Positions 19,194 through 28,376 of a stretch of 64,000 nt of DNA are shown piece after piece (positions within the stretch are counted from its first letter, which is position 1; each line of letters starts with the position of its first letter). The translations under genes and the position numbers were made by a program. The stretch is from IMG/VR virus record IMGVR_UViG_3300044697_000029, positions 20,250 through 84,249 of that record. One strand, given 5' to 3'. Origin of the DNA: a virus. The notes under the pieces are model-generated. The model did not search any database. It had not been told where the DNA came from and was given only the letters and a program-made list of their open reading frames with translations.

Positions 19194-19379
19194 CCTCTTC
19201 GCTCCCTGGTAGGTCTCGACAACCCCACGGTAGCGGAATGGCGGTCGGGAGTCTCAGGATTCCCGGCCGTCCGGCTTTCGTGCTACGGTGGCGCCCAGAC
19301 GCAGATTCAGCGTGTGGTCGGCGGATCGGTCGCGCCTGTCGCCCCGAAGGGGAGGACTGAAACTGAGGGGCCTGACTCA

Positions 19380-19613
19380 ATGGCGAGCGGCCAACTGATC
19401 TGGGATATGAGCGCCGAAGCCCTCGGCTGGACGCTCGCGGAGCCGGGTGAGCCGGGCGCCGTGTCAGCCACCAACGGAAAGGGAGAGGTGATCTGGCGCA
19501 AGCGGTTGCCGTCCCCACCTTTGGACGGCCTGGCGCGGGATTCGCTGGATGCATCCTCGCCAGGGCTGCCGGATATCGACTACGCCGCGATCACAAGGGA
19601 GCTTAGCCTGTGA
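19380..19613 (+). CDS. Small hypothetical protein
   Basis: GAGGGG SD before ATG; GTGA overlap with the next ORF. Confidence 0.5.
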   Translation: MASGQLIWDMSAEALGWTLAEPGEPGAVSATNGKGEVIWRKRLPSPPLDGLARDSLDASSPGLPDIDYAAITRELSL

Positions 19614-19843
19614 CGGAAGGAACGCTCCGGCCGCCGGCGCAGCATACTGACAAGGCGCTGCACTGGTTAGGCCACCCCACGATGCTCGCCCGCGGGATCG
19701 TCGCTGACCAGGAAGTGGCGGCGTGGACGGGAGGCGTATGGAAGCTGCTCGGAGACGATAGGCTGTTTTCGCCTGATGAACTGGCCAGGGCTGGCTGGCG
19801 CTACCTCGGCCCTGCAGAGCGCAAAGGCCGCGGCTCGGTCTAA
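19610..19843 (+). CDS. Small hypothetical protein
   Basis: Coupled to the previous ORF; Trp-rich, ending GWRYLGPA. Confidence 0.55.
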   Translation: MTEGTLRPPAQHTDKALHWLGHPTMLARGIVADQEVAAWTGGVWKLLGDDRLFSPDELARAGWRYLGPAERKGRGSV

Positions 19844-20144
19844 CCCCATGCTCCCTGTTCCCACCACCCGCACCGATTCCTGGCAGTTCTACGCCGACAT
19901 GCGTTCCTAGTGGCTGGGCAGGCCGCCCACATGGGTTCGTCGGAAGCCATTGAAGCACTCGGGCTGGTCGAGCCAGACTGGACGCCGGACCCTGCCGCAT
20001 GAGGTAGCCCAACAGAAAAAGCCGCCCGCTGGCAACGGACGGCTCTTCCCCTCGCGTCTCGGTTGGTTCGTCGCCCAACCCCATATCCGGCATGCAACGG
20101 AGACGCAAGGATGTCTTTGGCCATTGAGGCAGCGAAAATACCGC

Positions 20145-20174
20145 TTGACAGGCGCGTGAGGGCGTCGGTAGCGT
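20145..20174 (+). promoter_or_regulatory. Putative sigma70-type late promoter
   Basis: TTGACA (20145-20150), 18-nt spacer, TAGCGT (20169-20174), at the head of the structural operon. Confidence 0.55.
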
Positions 20175-20218
20175 CCGCCCCGCTTCGGGAGCCCGCGCAA
20201 GGATCGTGCGGCGCGCCC

Positions 20219-20230
20219 GGCGGTAGCCGT
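20219..20230 (+). promoter_or_regulatory. ops-like element GGCGGTAGCCGT
   Basis: Exact RfaH ops core GGCGGTAG in the leader, between the promoter and the NusG paralogue ATG. Confidence 0.5.
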
Positions 20231-20236
20231 AGCGGG

Positions 20237-20761
20237 ATGCGATTCCAGCCCGCCGGCTTTCGACCCGGTATCCCCTGGCATTGCATCTACGCCAAGCCGA
20301 ACGAGGAATCCCGCGCCGAGCGGGAAATCATCAAGCAGGGATTCGCGGCGTGGGCGCCGATGGAGATAGTCCGGCTGCCCGATCGCCATATCAGGGTTCG
20401 GCCGATGCTGCCGCGGTATCTGTTCGCTCAGTTTGATGCCGACGCCGAGCCGTGGGGGTCACTACGCGATACCCGCGGCGTTTCGCACGTCCTGACCGAT
20501 TCGGCCCTCCGACCGTTGGTTGTGCCGGACGCTGCCCTCTCCATCATCCTGGACCAATGCGCGCCCAATGGTGTGGTGCCATTGCCTGAAGAGCGGGAAG
20601 TGCGGCGGCGCGATGTCGTCCGCGTCCTTGATGGACCTTGGCGCGATTTTTCGGGCATCGTAGGCTTGACGGCCAAGACACGGGTAGAGGTGATGCTCAT
20701 GATTTTCGGGCGCCTTAGCCCCATCCCGTTCAGGCGCGATCAGGTCGAACTGGTGGCCTAG
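20237..20761 (+). CDS. NusG/RfaH-family transcription antiterminator
   Basis: NGN domain (WHCIYAKPNEE, PMLPRYLF, LRDTRGVSHVL) plus KOW (DVVRVLDGPWRDFSGIV...VMLMIFGR). Confidence 0.9.
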   Translation: MRFQPAGFRPGIPWHCIYAKPNEESRAEREIIKQGFAAWAPMEIVRLPDRHIRVRPMLPRYLFAQFDADAEPWGSLRDTRGVSHVLTDSALRPLVVPDAALSIILDQCAPNGVVPLPEEREVRRRDVVRVLDGPWRDFSGIVGLTAKTRVEVMLMIFGRLSPIPFRRDQVELVA

Positions 20762-20764
20762 AAA

Positions 20765-21202
20765 ATGGCGCGCAACCGCACGACATTTCCACCCGGCAAA
20801 GGAACAGGATGGGGCGGTCCGGCCAGAGGGCCGGGCGCCGGTCCAAAGTTCGAGAAGTTCATGGAAGGCAACCAGACCGAGCATCCCGCGGGCGACGATT
20901 ATCGCGAGCGTCGGCAGAAACGCCGCGAGTTGCGCGCCGCTGGCGCCGAAAGGCTTCAGCAGTTGAAGGACCATCTAGCCGATCTAGCCCTCAATGCCGA
21001 GCATGAAGCCACGCAGGTTAGCGCGACCGTCGCGTGGCTAAATCGGGAAGAGGGGATGCCGGCACAGACGAACAAGAATCTGAATGTCGATGTCATCAGC
21101 GGTCTCCCGCTCGACCAACAGCGAGCTATTGCGGCGGCTCTCGACGCTCTCCCCGACGACGCGGGCGACGATGCGGGAGGCGCTGCGCCGCAGCATCACT
21201 GA
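20765..21202 (+). CDS. Probable terminase small subunit
   Basis: Position before TerL, size, helical profile with LNREEGMPAQ. Confidence 0.55.
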   Translation: MARNRTTFPPGKGTGWGGPARGPGAGPKFEKFMEGNQTEHPAGDDYRERRQKRRELRAAGAERLQQLKDHLADLALNAEHEATQVSATVAWLNREEGMPAQTNKNLNVDVISGLPLDQQRAIAAALDALPDDAGDDAGGAAPQHH

Positions 21203-21890
21203 GGCCGAGCGCGGCCGGTTCATCGACACACTCTATCCCCACACGGGGCCTCTACGCCGCGAACTCTACATCAAGCACCTGGAGTTCTGGCGCGCGGGCG
21301 CGGTGCATGACGAACGGGCGTTCGTTGCAGGGAATCGGACCGGTAAGACCACGTGCGTATCATACGAGGATGTACTGCACCTGACCGGTGATTATCCGGA
21401 GTGGTGGGAAGGCAGGCGCTTCGATCGCCCGATCACATGCTGGGCCTGCGGCACAGATGCCAAGGCAGTGCGCGAAAAGCTGCAGCCTGCATTGATTGGG
21501 CCGGCCGAAGCGCGAGGGACTGGGATCATCCCCCGCGACCGGCTTCTGCGGACCTTCGCACGAAGCGGCACGGCGGACGCAATCGACTTTGCACTCGTTC
21601 GCAACCAGTTCGGCGGATTGTCGCGCCTGGTGTTCAAGGCATACGAACAAGGGCGTGAATCGTTCCAGGCCGCCGAGGTCGATGTCGTCCACCTGGACGA
21701 AGAGCCGCCGATGGCGATCTACACCGAGGCGCTGACCCGCACGCTCTCGACGGTGCCCGGGCGGCGTAACGGTATTCTGGTCTTCAGTTTCACGCCACTC
21801 CAAGGACTGAGCGACGTGGTTCTGCAGTTCCTGCCTGGCGGTGCATACCCCGCAACGGAAGAGGTCCGCAAACAGGCGTGGGGATGGTAA
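21084..21890 (+). CDS. terL: Terminase large subunit, N-terminal ATPase part
   Basis: Walker A AGNRTGKT, Walker B VHLDEEPP, motif III FTPLQG; stops at TAA 21890. Confidence 0.92.
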   Translation: MSMSSAVSRSTNSELLRRLSTLSPTTRATMREALRRSITEAERGRFIDTLYPHTGPLRRELYIKHLEFWRAGAVHDERAFVAGNRTGKTTCVSYEDVLHLTGDYPEWWEGRRFDRPITCWACGTDAKAVREKLQPALIGPAEARGTGIIPRDRLLRTFARSGTADAIDFALVRNQFGGLSRLVFKAYEQGRESFQAAEVDVVHLDEEPPMAIYTEALTRTLSTVPGRRNGILVFSFTPLQGLSDVVLQFLPGGAYPATEEVRKQAWGW

Positions 21891-22021
21891 ATGCGGGTTG
21901 TTCTACCCTAGGTAGGTGCGGTATATCTCCCCGATGTGCCCCACCCAGCCTTCTGCCGTAGAACGGCTAGCCAAGCGAATAAGAGAGAGTGTGCGCGCCG
22001 ATATAGCAGCCGCGCTTCTGC

Positions 22022-22290
22022 CTAATGTTCCGTCTGCCTCGGACGGAGAGCATTTCCGTCCCATGCAATTTGATCCAATGAGTCAATCGCGGCCCGCATT
22101 GCAGCCGCCGCAAAAAGATCAAGGAGAACCGTCGTCAAAGCGCCATTCCGGTGCGCGAACTTAATTGCTAGGTACTCGACGGTCCCCGTCTGCCCCACGC
22201 AGGGGAGCGCCTTGAGGCTCAACGCCACATCGCCACGAGCGTACGCGCTGCGCGCTTCTTGTTCGGTAAACGAAGGTTCGTGCCATCCTC
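22022..22290 (-). pseudogene. Antisense ORF inside the terminase gap, probably 5'-truncated
   Basis: Protein-like frame (WHEPSFTEQEAR...RQTEH) extends upstream of the GTG at 22228 with no good start. Confidence 0.35.
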
Positions 22291-22395
22291 TGTCGCCGCT
22301 GCAACACAGTTTTAGGGCAGGTCAGCGACTCAAAAGAACTGCTTCACGCAATGGCTGACTACCTCGCGGGAGGTGGAACATCACGAGATACGTAG
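22276..22395 (+). pseudogene. Endonuclease VII-type homing endonuclease remnant
   Basis: Translates VRAILCRRCNTVLGQVSDSKELLHAMADYL, the same pattern as the C-terminus of 38110-38877; in-frame TAA at 22267 and no start. Confidence 0.8.
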
Positions 22396-23141
22396 TACAA
22401 GCCGGATGGGCCGACTCACCGCACCTTTCGCCAGACGCCACGGAGGAGCTTGCGCGCTCGTATCCACCGAATGAACGGGACGCCCGCATGCGCGGCATCC
22501 CTTCGCTCGGGGCGGGCGCGATTTACCCCGTGCCGGAAAGCGAAGTCGTCGTGCAGCCGTTCAAAGTGCCGCACTATTGGCCTATCTGCTACGCCCTGGA
22601 TGTCGGCTGGAACCGCACTGCTGCGCTATGGGCCGCTCACGACACAGAGACCGACACAGCCTATCTCGTGAGCGAGCACTATCGAGCGCACGCCGAGCCG
22701 CCGATCCACGCTGAGGCGATCAAGGCGCGTGGCGCGTGGATACCTGGAGTAATCGACCCAGCGGCGCGCGGACGCAGCCAGAAGGACGGCGCCGCCCTGA
22801 TGACGACCTATCAGGAGCTTGGGCTAAGGCTAACCGCCGCGAACAATGCCGTCGAAGCGGGCATTTACGAGGTGTGGACGCGGTTTTCAACGGGACGCCT
22901 GAAGGTCTTCGCGACGCTGCAGAACTTCCTCGCGGAGTATCGTATCTACAGGCGCGATGAAAAAGGCCACATCGTGAAGGACAGCGACCACCTCATGGAC
23001 GATTGTCGCTACATCTGCATGAGCGGCCTTGATATCGCGGCATTCCGACCGCCAGAACTGGTGCGCGGTCTGGTCGGGAAGCCGAAACAGGAATGGTCCC
23101 CCCGCGCCGCACTCGATTCCGATGGATACGGATTGCGATGA
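22380..23141 (+). CDS. terL: Terminase large subunit, C-terminal nuclease part
   Basis: Frame open from 22359: ITRYVVQAGWADSPHL...ERDARMRGIPSLGAGAIYP, ALDVGW, IDPAARGR, DHLMD; GGGAGGT SD 5 nt before ATC 22380. Confidence 0.88.
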   Translation: MTRYVVQAGWADSPHLSPDATEELARSYPPNERDARMRGIPSLGAGAIYPVPESEVVVQPFKVPHYWPICYALDVGWNRTAALWAAHDTETDTAYLVSEHYRAHAEPPIHAEAIKARGAWIPGVIDPAARGRSQKDGAALMTTYQELGLRLTAANNAVEAGIYEVWTRFSTGRLKVFATLQNFLAEYRIYRRDEKGHIVKDSDHLMDDCRYICMSGLDIAAFRPPELVRGLVGKPKQEWSPRAALDSDGYGLR

Positions 23142-23353
23142 GCGTTCTCGGCCTCGGCGCATCGCCGCCTCCCGTGCCACCGCCGCCTCCGCCGCCTCCC
23201 ACGCCAGCGTCGCCTGCGATCAGCCAAGTGGCGTCCAGCACGGCGCAGCAGGCAGCAGCGGCGGCAGGGGCCGGATTCGGGGGCACGTTGCTGACCGGCG
23301 CACAGGGGGCCGCACAGCCGAGCACGTCGCTGAAGACCCTTCTTGGCCAATAG
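23138..23353 (+). CDS. Small Pro-rich virion protein preceding the portal
   Basis: Poly-Pro, TLLTG..G and KTLLGQ ending typical of the small pre-portal gene in this phage type. Confidence 0.75.
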   Translation: MSVLGLGASPPPVPPPPPPPPTPASPAISQVASSTAQQAAAAAGAGFGGTLLTGAQGAAQPSTSLKTLLGQ

Positions 23354-23523
23354 CGTGACCGAATCCGTCTGTCTTTTCGACTCCCTTCGCGACCTGTTTC
23401 ATGCGGTGCAGTACGAGCGGTGGTTGGGTCGGGTGTACGGAAAGATCGAGGAGCATGAGATGACCGTGAAGGCCATGCTGACGGCCTACGCGATCGACCG
23501 CGGTCTATCATGGCGCCCGACGA

Positions 23524-25365
23524 ATGCCTGAATCTGCTGCCCAACGCCGCTACGCCCGCGGCAACGGTCTCGATCCGGCACAACCGTTCTATTTCCAGTC
23601 ATCCCCAACGATGCTGGGGATGCAGCCGGCAAACGACAGCGCGCCGGCGCCCGTTGCTCCGTCGTGGCTGGGTTGGCCCGACCTCTACCGCCATCTGGAA
23701 GCGCGGCTCGCGGCCGAAAAGACGTGGCGGCTGTCATGGTGGCGGCTGTGGGGAGATATCGCCCGGTTCGAGCTTCCGAGGCGGTACCACGCGTTTTTGA
23801 CGGAGAACGACTACAACAGGGGCACGCGCCGCGACGGTGCCATCCTCGACAACACCGCGACGCAGGATGGTGAGACCTGTGCCGGCGGCATCATGACGGT
23901 CTGCACGGACCCCGATCGGGAGTGGATCAAGCTGGGCGCGCCGGCCGGCGTCGAGGTCGATCGCGACGGGCAGATGTTCTTCGATGACCTGACCGAACGG
24001 CTCCGCTTCGTGCAGGATGAGACCAACTTTTACGAGAGCCTGAACCAGTTCTATGAGGACCTGACGTTCTTCGGAACCGGCGTGGCGATCGACTATGACG
24101 ATGCCGACAACATCTTCGTCTGCCGGAATCCGTGTGCCGGCGAGTTCTGCCTCGCGAGCGGTGCCGGCAACGAGGACCAGTCGCTTTTCGTCGAGGAACG
24201 CCGGACGGTTGCGCAGATCGTTGAGATGTTCGGGCTGGACAACTGCCCGCTCGATATTCGCCAGCAGTTCGTCCAGAAAGGTGGCGCGCTGGAACAGGAG
24301 CGCATCGTCGGACATGCCATCGAGCCGAATTTCGCGCTGTCGGACGGTAACGGTGGGTCCGTTGGCAGGTTGCCGGGCCATTTCACGTGGCGCGAGGTGT
24401 ACTGGATCGTCGGCAAATCCGACACCGCGCCGCTGAGCATCGCGGGCTTTCAGGAGAAGCCCTTTGCTGCCTCGCAGTGGCATCGTGTGTCCAACGACCC
24501 CTACGGCCACGGGCCGGGATCGACGGTGCTTGGCGACACGATCGAACTGCAAATCCTCACGGCGCGGCAGGCCGAACTGGTGGAGAAGATCGGTCGGCCC
24601 CCGATGACGGCGCCGGTCTCGCTCAAGAACGAACCGCACTCGATCAAGCCCGACCAGATCACGTATTACGATGCGACCACTTCCGCGCCGCAGTTCAAGC
24701 CGATATTCGAGGTCGATGCGCGCGCCTTGGTTGGCATCAACGCCTCGATCGCCGCCGTGCAGGAGCGCATCCATCGCGGCATGCACGCCGACCTGTTTCG
24801 GATGATCCAGGAACTGTCACAACGCCCAGGCCAGAAGACGGCAACCGAGATCGACGCGCTTCGGGAAGAACGTCTGATGCAACTCGGGCCGGTGATCGGC
24901 CGCGTCTATCGCTACGGCATCCGCCCACGGATCAACCGGCAACTGGCCATCTTGCGGCGCCGCGGGCTGTGGCCGAAGATTCCGCAATCGATGCGCCGGC
25001 TGCCGTTGCAGATCGAGTTCATCTCGATGCTGACCCTGGCGCAGCGGGCCGGGGCGGTCGGCTCGATCGAACGGACGTTTGCCTTCGCCCAATCGCTGGC
25101 GCCCGATCCGCGGTTCGCTGAGAGCGGCGACGTGCTGGATGCCGACGAAGCCGTGCGAGAAGCGGCATCCTTGCGCGGCGCACCGTCCCGGATTATCAGG
25201 GCGGCGGCGGACGTGCGGAGGATCAGGGCGGCACGCCAGCAGGCCGTGTCGGCGCAGCAGCAGGCACAGACCGCGCAAGCAGCCGTGGCGGGAGCGCAGC
25301 AGTTGTCGCAGACCAGTCTCAATCCGGGGAACGCCCTGGGGGCCATGTTGCAGGGGGCACGGTGA
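23524..25365 (+). CDS. Portal (head-tail connector) protein
   Basis: 613 aa; ETNFY, FFGTG, PYGHGPG, KTATEI..LREERLMQLGPV and IEFISML motifs of T7/BPP-1-type portals. Confidence 0.93.
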   Translation: MPESAAQRRYARGNGLDPAQPFYFQSSPTMLGMQPANDSAPAPVAPSWLGWPDLYRHLEARLAAEKTWRLSWWRLWGDIARFELPRRYHAFLTENDYNRGTRRDGAILDNTATQDGETCAGGIMTVCTDPDREWIKLGAPAGVEVDRDGQMFFDDLTERLRFVQDETNFYESLNQFYEDLTFFGTGVAIDYDDADNIFVCRNPCAGEFCLASGAGNEDQSLFVEERRTVAQIVEMFGLDNCPLDIRQQFVQKGGALEQERIVGHAIEPNFALSDGNGGSVGRLPGHFTWREVYWIVGKSDTAPLSIAGFQEKPFAASQWHRVSNDPYGHGPGSTVLGDTIELQILTARQAELVEKIGRPPMTAPVSLKNEPHSIKPDQITYYDATTSAPQFKPIFEVDARALVGINASIAAVQERIHRGMHADLFRMIQELSQRPGQKTATEIDALREERLMQLGPVIGRVYRYGIRPRINRQLAILRRRGLWPKIPQSMRRLPLQIEFISMLTLAQRAGAVGSIERTFAFAQSLAPDPRFAESGDVLDADEAVREAASLRGAPSRIIRAAADVRRIRAARQQAVSAQQQAQTAQAAVAGAQQLSQTSLNPGNALGAMLQGAR

Positions 25366-25610
25366 TCAAATCCTATCCCGCCCATCCCCAGGTTCTGCAA
25401 CGCGACGCCGGGTCTGAGGCGATGCTGATGTGGCCCAGGAACGCCGAGATTGATCTCGCGCACGTGACGGGCGCCTATCCGGTGCCATACGTGCCGCCGA
25501 TGGTTGATCCGGTGTCTAACGTGGTCGCGGTGCAGCATGGCGGCCAGACGACGGTGATCCACGCCGATTTCGACCAGTTCCAGCGGGATTGGGAGGCAAG
25601 CCGGCGATGA
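25362..25610 (+). CDS. Hypothetical protein
   Basis: GTGA and ATGA coupling on both sides. Confidence 0.65.
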   Translation: MIKSYPAHPQVLQRDAGSEAMLMWPRNAEIDLAHVTGAYPVPYVPPMVDPVSNVVAVQHGGQTTVIHADFDQFQRDWEASRR

Positions 25611-26467
25611 GCCGCGAAAGCAAACAGGACGATCCGTGGGAGCGCCGTGCACTCTACGGGTGCGCCGCCGCTCTTGGTGGCAACGTGCCGCAAGCAATCC
25701 GGGATTTCGCAGGCCATCTTGACCAGGCCGCTGATGTGTTGGCCGATGCGCCCTGGATTGAGGGCAATGCTATGAGCGGCCACATCTTCGAACGATATGG
25801 GGGAGGCGGCGCCCGCAGTAGGCTCGGGGTGGGAAGGAGGCTCGCGCTCTCCGAAATACCGGAATGGATCGTTCGCATGAGCGATGACGCTGCGCAATGC
25901 AGGATGGCCGAGCTCGGGGCCGACCATGAAGCTCTGGGGCAAACTGTTGCCACGGACATTTTCTATGGTAGCCCGCAGGCGGACCCATGCAGTTGCATCG
26001 GGCTATCGGCCTTTTGCGAGTCACCCCAAGGAAACGTGGTTGACGGCGGTGGTGACGGCGGCTCGTCGATCTGGCTGCTCTCATGGCACCAGGAGGAACT
26101 TTATATCGCCTATCCAAAAGGCAGTATGGCTGGCCTCATGCGCCACGATCTCGGTCTTCAAGTGGGAGAGCGGGATGCAACGGGCGCCCGAGAGGTTGTT
26201 TACACAGAAGCGTCGGAAGTTTCGTTGGCGATAATTCCTCAGAGGGCACAAAGCGTAGTGCGTATCGCAAACCTAGCTGGTGTCGTGGGAGCGCGGCTGG
26301 ATCAGTTGATGAGAGCGGCTCTGGGCATGCTCGGCGATACAAAAGGAAGGCCGACATTTTACATGAACCGCACGGTAGCGGCGGCCCGTGGCAGTACAGA
26401 GCCGCTGGATGACTATCCGGTGCGTATCGCCGACGAACTGCGTTTTGATGAGGCGAGGGTTGCCTGA
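25607..26467 (+). CDS. Major-capsid-protein homologue 1 (internally deleted)
   Basis: Aligns by eye to 29654-30709: PWIEGN..GH, QTVATDIFYG, GL, NVVDGGG, SSIWLLSW, YPKGSMAG, VRIANL, FYMNRTV. Confidence 0.85.
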   Translation: MSRESKQDDPWERRALYGCAAALGGNVPQAIRDFAGHLDQAADVLADAPWIEGNAMSGHIFERYGGGGARSRLGVGRRLALSEIPEWIVRMSDDAAQCRMAELGADHEALGQTVATDIFYGSPQADPCSCIGLSAFCESPQGNVVDGGGDGGSSIWLLSWHQEELYIAYPKGSMAGLMRHDLGLQVGERDATGAREVVYTEASEVSLAIIPQRAQSVVRIANLAGVVGARLDQLMRAALGMLGDTKGRPTFYMNRTVAAARGSTEPLDDYPVRIADELRFDEARVA

Positions 26468-26898
26468 TGTCTCGCGAAACCGAGTTCCTCACGCGCCACA
26501 AGGAAGACCTGACGCAAGCCGCCGAGATGTGCCGCACACTTCAGCGCCAGGCCGTCGAGGTCTCGCCGCGGCATCGCACCTACCTGCGGCTTCTGCAGAC
26601 CTGCAAGCGGCTGGAAGGCACCTGCCGTCAGATGGCACATGAGCGCGGCGACGACTTCACGTGGTTGCAGCTTGGGCACCACTATCACGCGGTATCGCGG
26701 AAGGTGACGGCGCTGCGGCACGAGGGGAAATGGCTGCTGTTCGGGAAGTTGGCTGAGGTATTCGAGGCTGGGATGCCGCAGGTCGGGCGGCTGGCCACGA
26801 CTGCGACGGGGCTGACCAGCATGAGCACTTCGCCGCTGCTGATCCTGCCGCCCTACCTGCGTGGCGGCAAAATGGATGGACGGATTATCGTGCCATGA
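26467..26898 (+). CDS. Hypothetical protein
   Basis: Coupled on both sides; lies between the two MCP homologues. Confidence 0.7.
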   Translation: MSRETEFLTRHKEDLTQAAEMCRTLQRQAVEVSPRHRTYLRLLQTCKRLEGTCRQMAHERGDDFTWLQLGHHYHAVSRKVTALRHEGKWLLFGKLAEVFEAGMPQVGRLATTATGLTSMSTSPLLILPPYLRGGKMDGRIIVP

Positions 26899-27584
26899 CC
26901 GCACGATGGCTGAGTGACCCGGGTCGGCCCACTGAACTGGCGTGGTTCTTTGACGCGCCGTGGGAAGCGGCCAACCAGCGGCGCTGGCACAAGTACAATG
27001 TCCTTGCCACATCGTCGCCTATACGGATGATGTCAGGTGTGCTTGCGCTCAGCGCACCAGCAAAAGACGTGCTGCGGCAGGTAATCTACGGCAACCCCGT
27101 CGCTCAGAGCGTCGCGGGTCAGCCGCTGACCGAGATGATGGGCCTCGCGCCTATGTTTGCTAGCCGCGATCCGGGCGACGCCGCCAATGCGGTGAATGTC
27201 CTGGATGCTGGTGGCACGAGCAACCTATGTTCCGCGTGGTTGATCGGGTGGGGACCGCGCACGGTATTCATGGTCTCGCCAGATGGGGATCCACCTTCCC
27301 TCGAAGGCGAATGCGGCATTGCGGTTGCGGACTGGCGCTATGTGGTGCGAATCGCGAACATCGACGCTGTTTCGCCGAACTTCAATGCGCTGGCAATGAT
27401 GGCGATGGCGAGTATCCGTCTGCCGCGCCTGACCTGCGATGAGAACCTGCGGCCAATGTTCTATGTCACAAAGGACGTGGAAAATCGGCTGAAGGACGAT
27501 GTGTCGAAGCACGTTGAGCGGTTCAGTGGCGTCCCTATCCGTGTGATTGATGAACTGCGGAGCGACGAGGCGCGCATCGCTTGA
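26895..27584 (+). CDS. Major-capsid-protein homologue 2 (truncated)
   Basis: IYGN, MGL, AANAVNVLDAGG, SAWLIGWGPR, DWRYVVRIANID, RLP, RPMFY and FSGVPIR..D align to the MCP. Confidence 0.85.
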   Translation: MTARWLSDPGRPTELAWFFDAPWEAANQRRWHKYNVLATSSPIRMMSGVLALSAPAKDVLRQVIYGNPVAQSVAGQPLTEMMGLAPMFASRDPGDAANAVNVLDAGGTSNLCSAWLIGWGPRTVFMVSPDGDPPSLEGECGIAVADWRYVVRIANIDAVSPNFNALAMMAMASIRLPRLTCDENLRPMFYVTKDVENRLKDDVSKHVERFSGVPIRVIDELRSDEARIA

Positions 27585-27940
27585 GTGACTATCCCTACGC
27601 CTCCCGCGTCGCGGCTGCTGATGCCGCTATCGAAGACGTCCTCGATCCAGGTGCGGCTGCCGCTCGCGAGGAACAGAACCGCGAACACGAACGCGCCAGA
27701 CAGCAACGCCGAGCGTTCCTGATGCAGACCATGCAGCATCCCGAAGGCCGGAAGTGGCTCAAGGAGATGCTGGACCGGTTCCACACGTTCGAGGCCCGCA
27801 TGGCATCGGTGAACGGCATGGCGCCCGATCCGATGGGCACAATGCTTCTGGCCGGCGAGCAACGCTGCGGCTGGTGGATTTGGGAGCAGTTGGACGACGC
27901 CGATCCAGTCGTGGCTTCGAGACTGCGGAGGAATGCGTGA
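27581..27940 (+). CDS. Bbp19-like phage protein
   Basis: MQHPEGRKWLKEML...AGEQRCG motif; sits between portal and scaffold. Confidence 0.7.
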   Translation: MSDYPYASRVAAADAAIEDVLDPGAAAAREEQNREHERARQQRRAFLMQTMQHPEGRKWLKEMLDRFHTFEARMASVNGMAPDPMGTMLLAGEQRCGWWIWEQLDDADPVVASRLRRNA

Positions 27941-28173
27941 GAACGATCATCAAGGTGGACGAAGGCTGCCTCAACGGGCTGCTGACGACGCGGTTCATCG
28001 TGTTGGATCACGACTGCTGGTCGTTCGGCGAGCGTGTCAGTCAGGTCGATGCGGCGCTCGCCTCCATTCGGGACAGCGAAGACGCGGAGTGCCTGCGGGT
28101 GTTCGGCCAGGAGTTCTGCCCTGCTGTCGTGCCAGATGAATGTGAGACTCTGGTCGCGGCGAAGATCAGATAG
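27937..28173 (+). CDS. Small hypothetical protein
   Basis: GTGA overlap and GGAGG SD. Confidence 0.45.
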   Translation: MRTIIKVDEGCLNGLLTTRFIVLDHDCWSFGERVSQVDAALASIRDSEDAECLRVFGQEFCPAVVPDECETLVAAKIR

Positions 28174-28360
28174 GGCGCGCGGTCCCCGGCAACTCCATCG
28201 TAGGGAACGGCACTCCGGCTGGAGTGCAGAAATACCATCCTGCCGCTTCAACCGAGTAGCGGAACGCCGCATCCTCGGATTCCCGTTCGCGCCGATCCGC
28301 TTCGACCATCGCTTGACCGGTGTAGGTGCGCTCGCTCATGATTTGCTCTCCCTGCGGCAC
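28166..28360 (-). CDS. Small antisense hypothetical protein
   Basis: GGGAG SD before ATG near 28339. Confidence 0.4.
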   Translation of the reverse strand: MPQGEQIMSERTYTGQAMVEADRRERESEDAAFRYSVEAAGWYFCTPAGVPFPTMELPGTARPI

Positions 28361-28376
28361 TAGGGAAGTTCAAGCG

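Noticed and set aside
21891-22379. Group I/II intron or intein in the terminase
   Set aside because: No recognisable core elements, upstream half ends in a clean stop, and the downstream half has its own SD. Not excluded without an Infernal search.
25607-27584. Encapsulin operon
   Set aside because: Motifs match the phage's own MCP family and the genes sit in the head module; no encapsulin cargo enzyme nearby.
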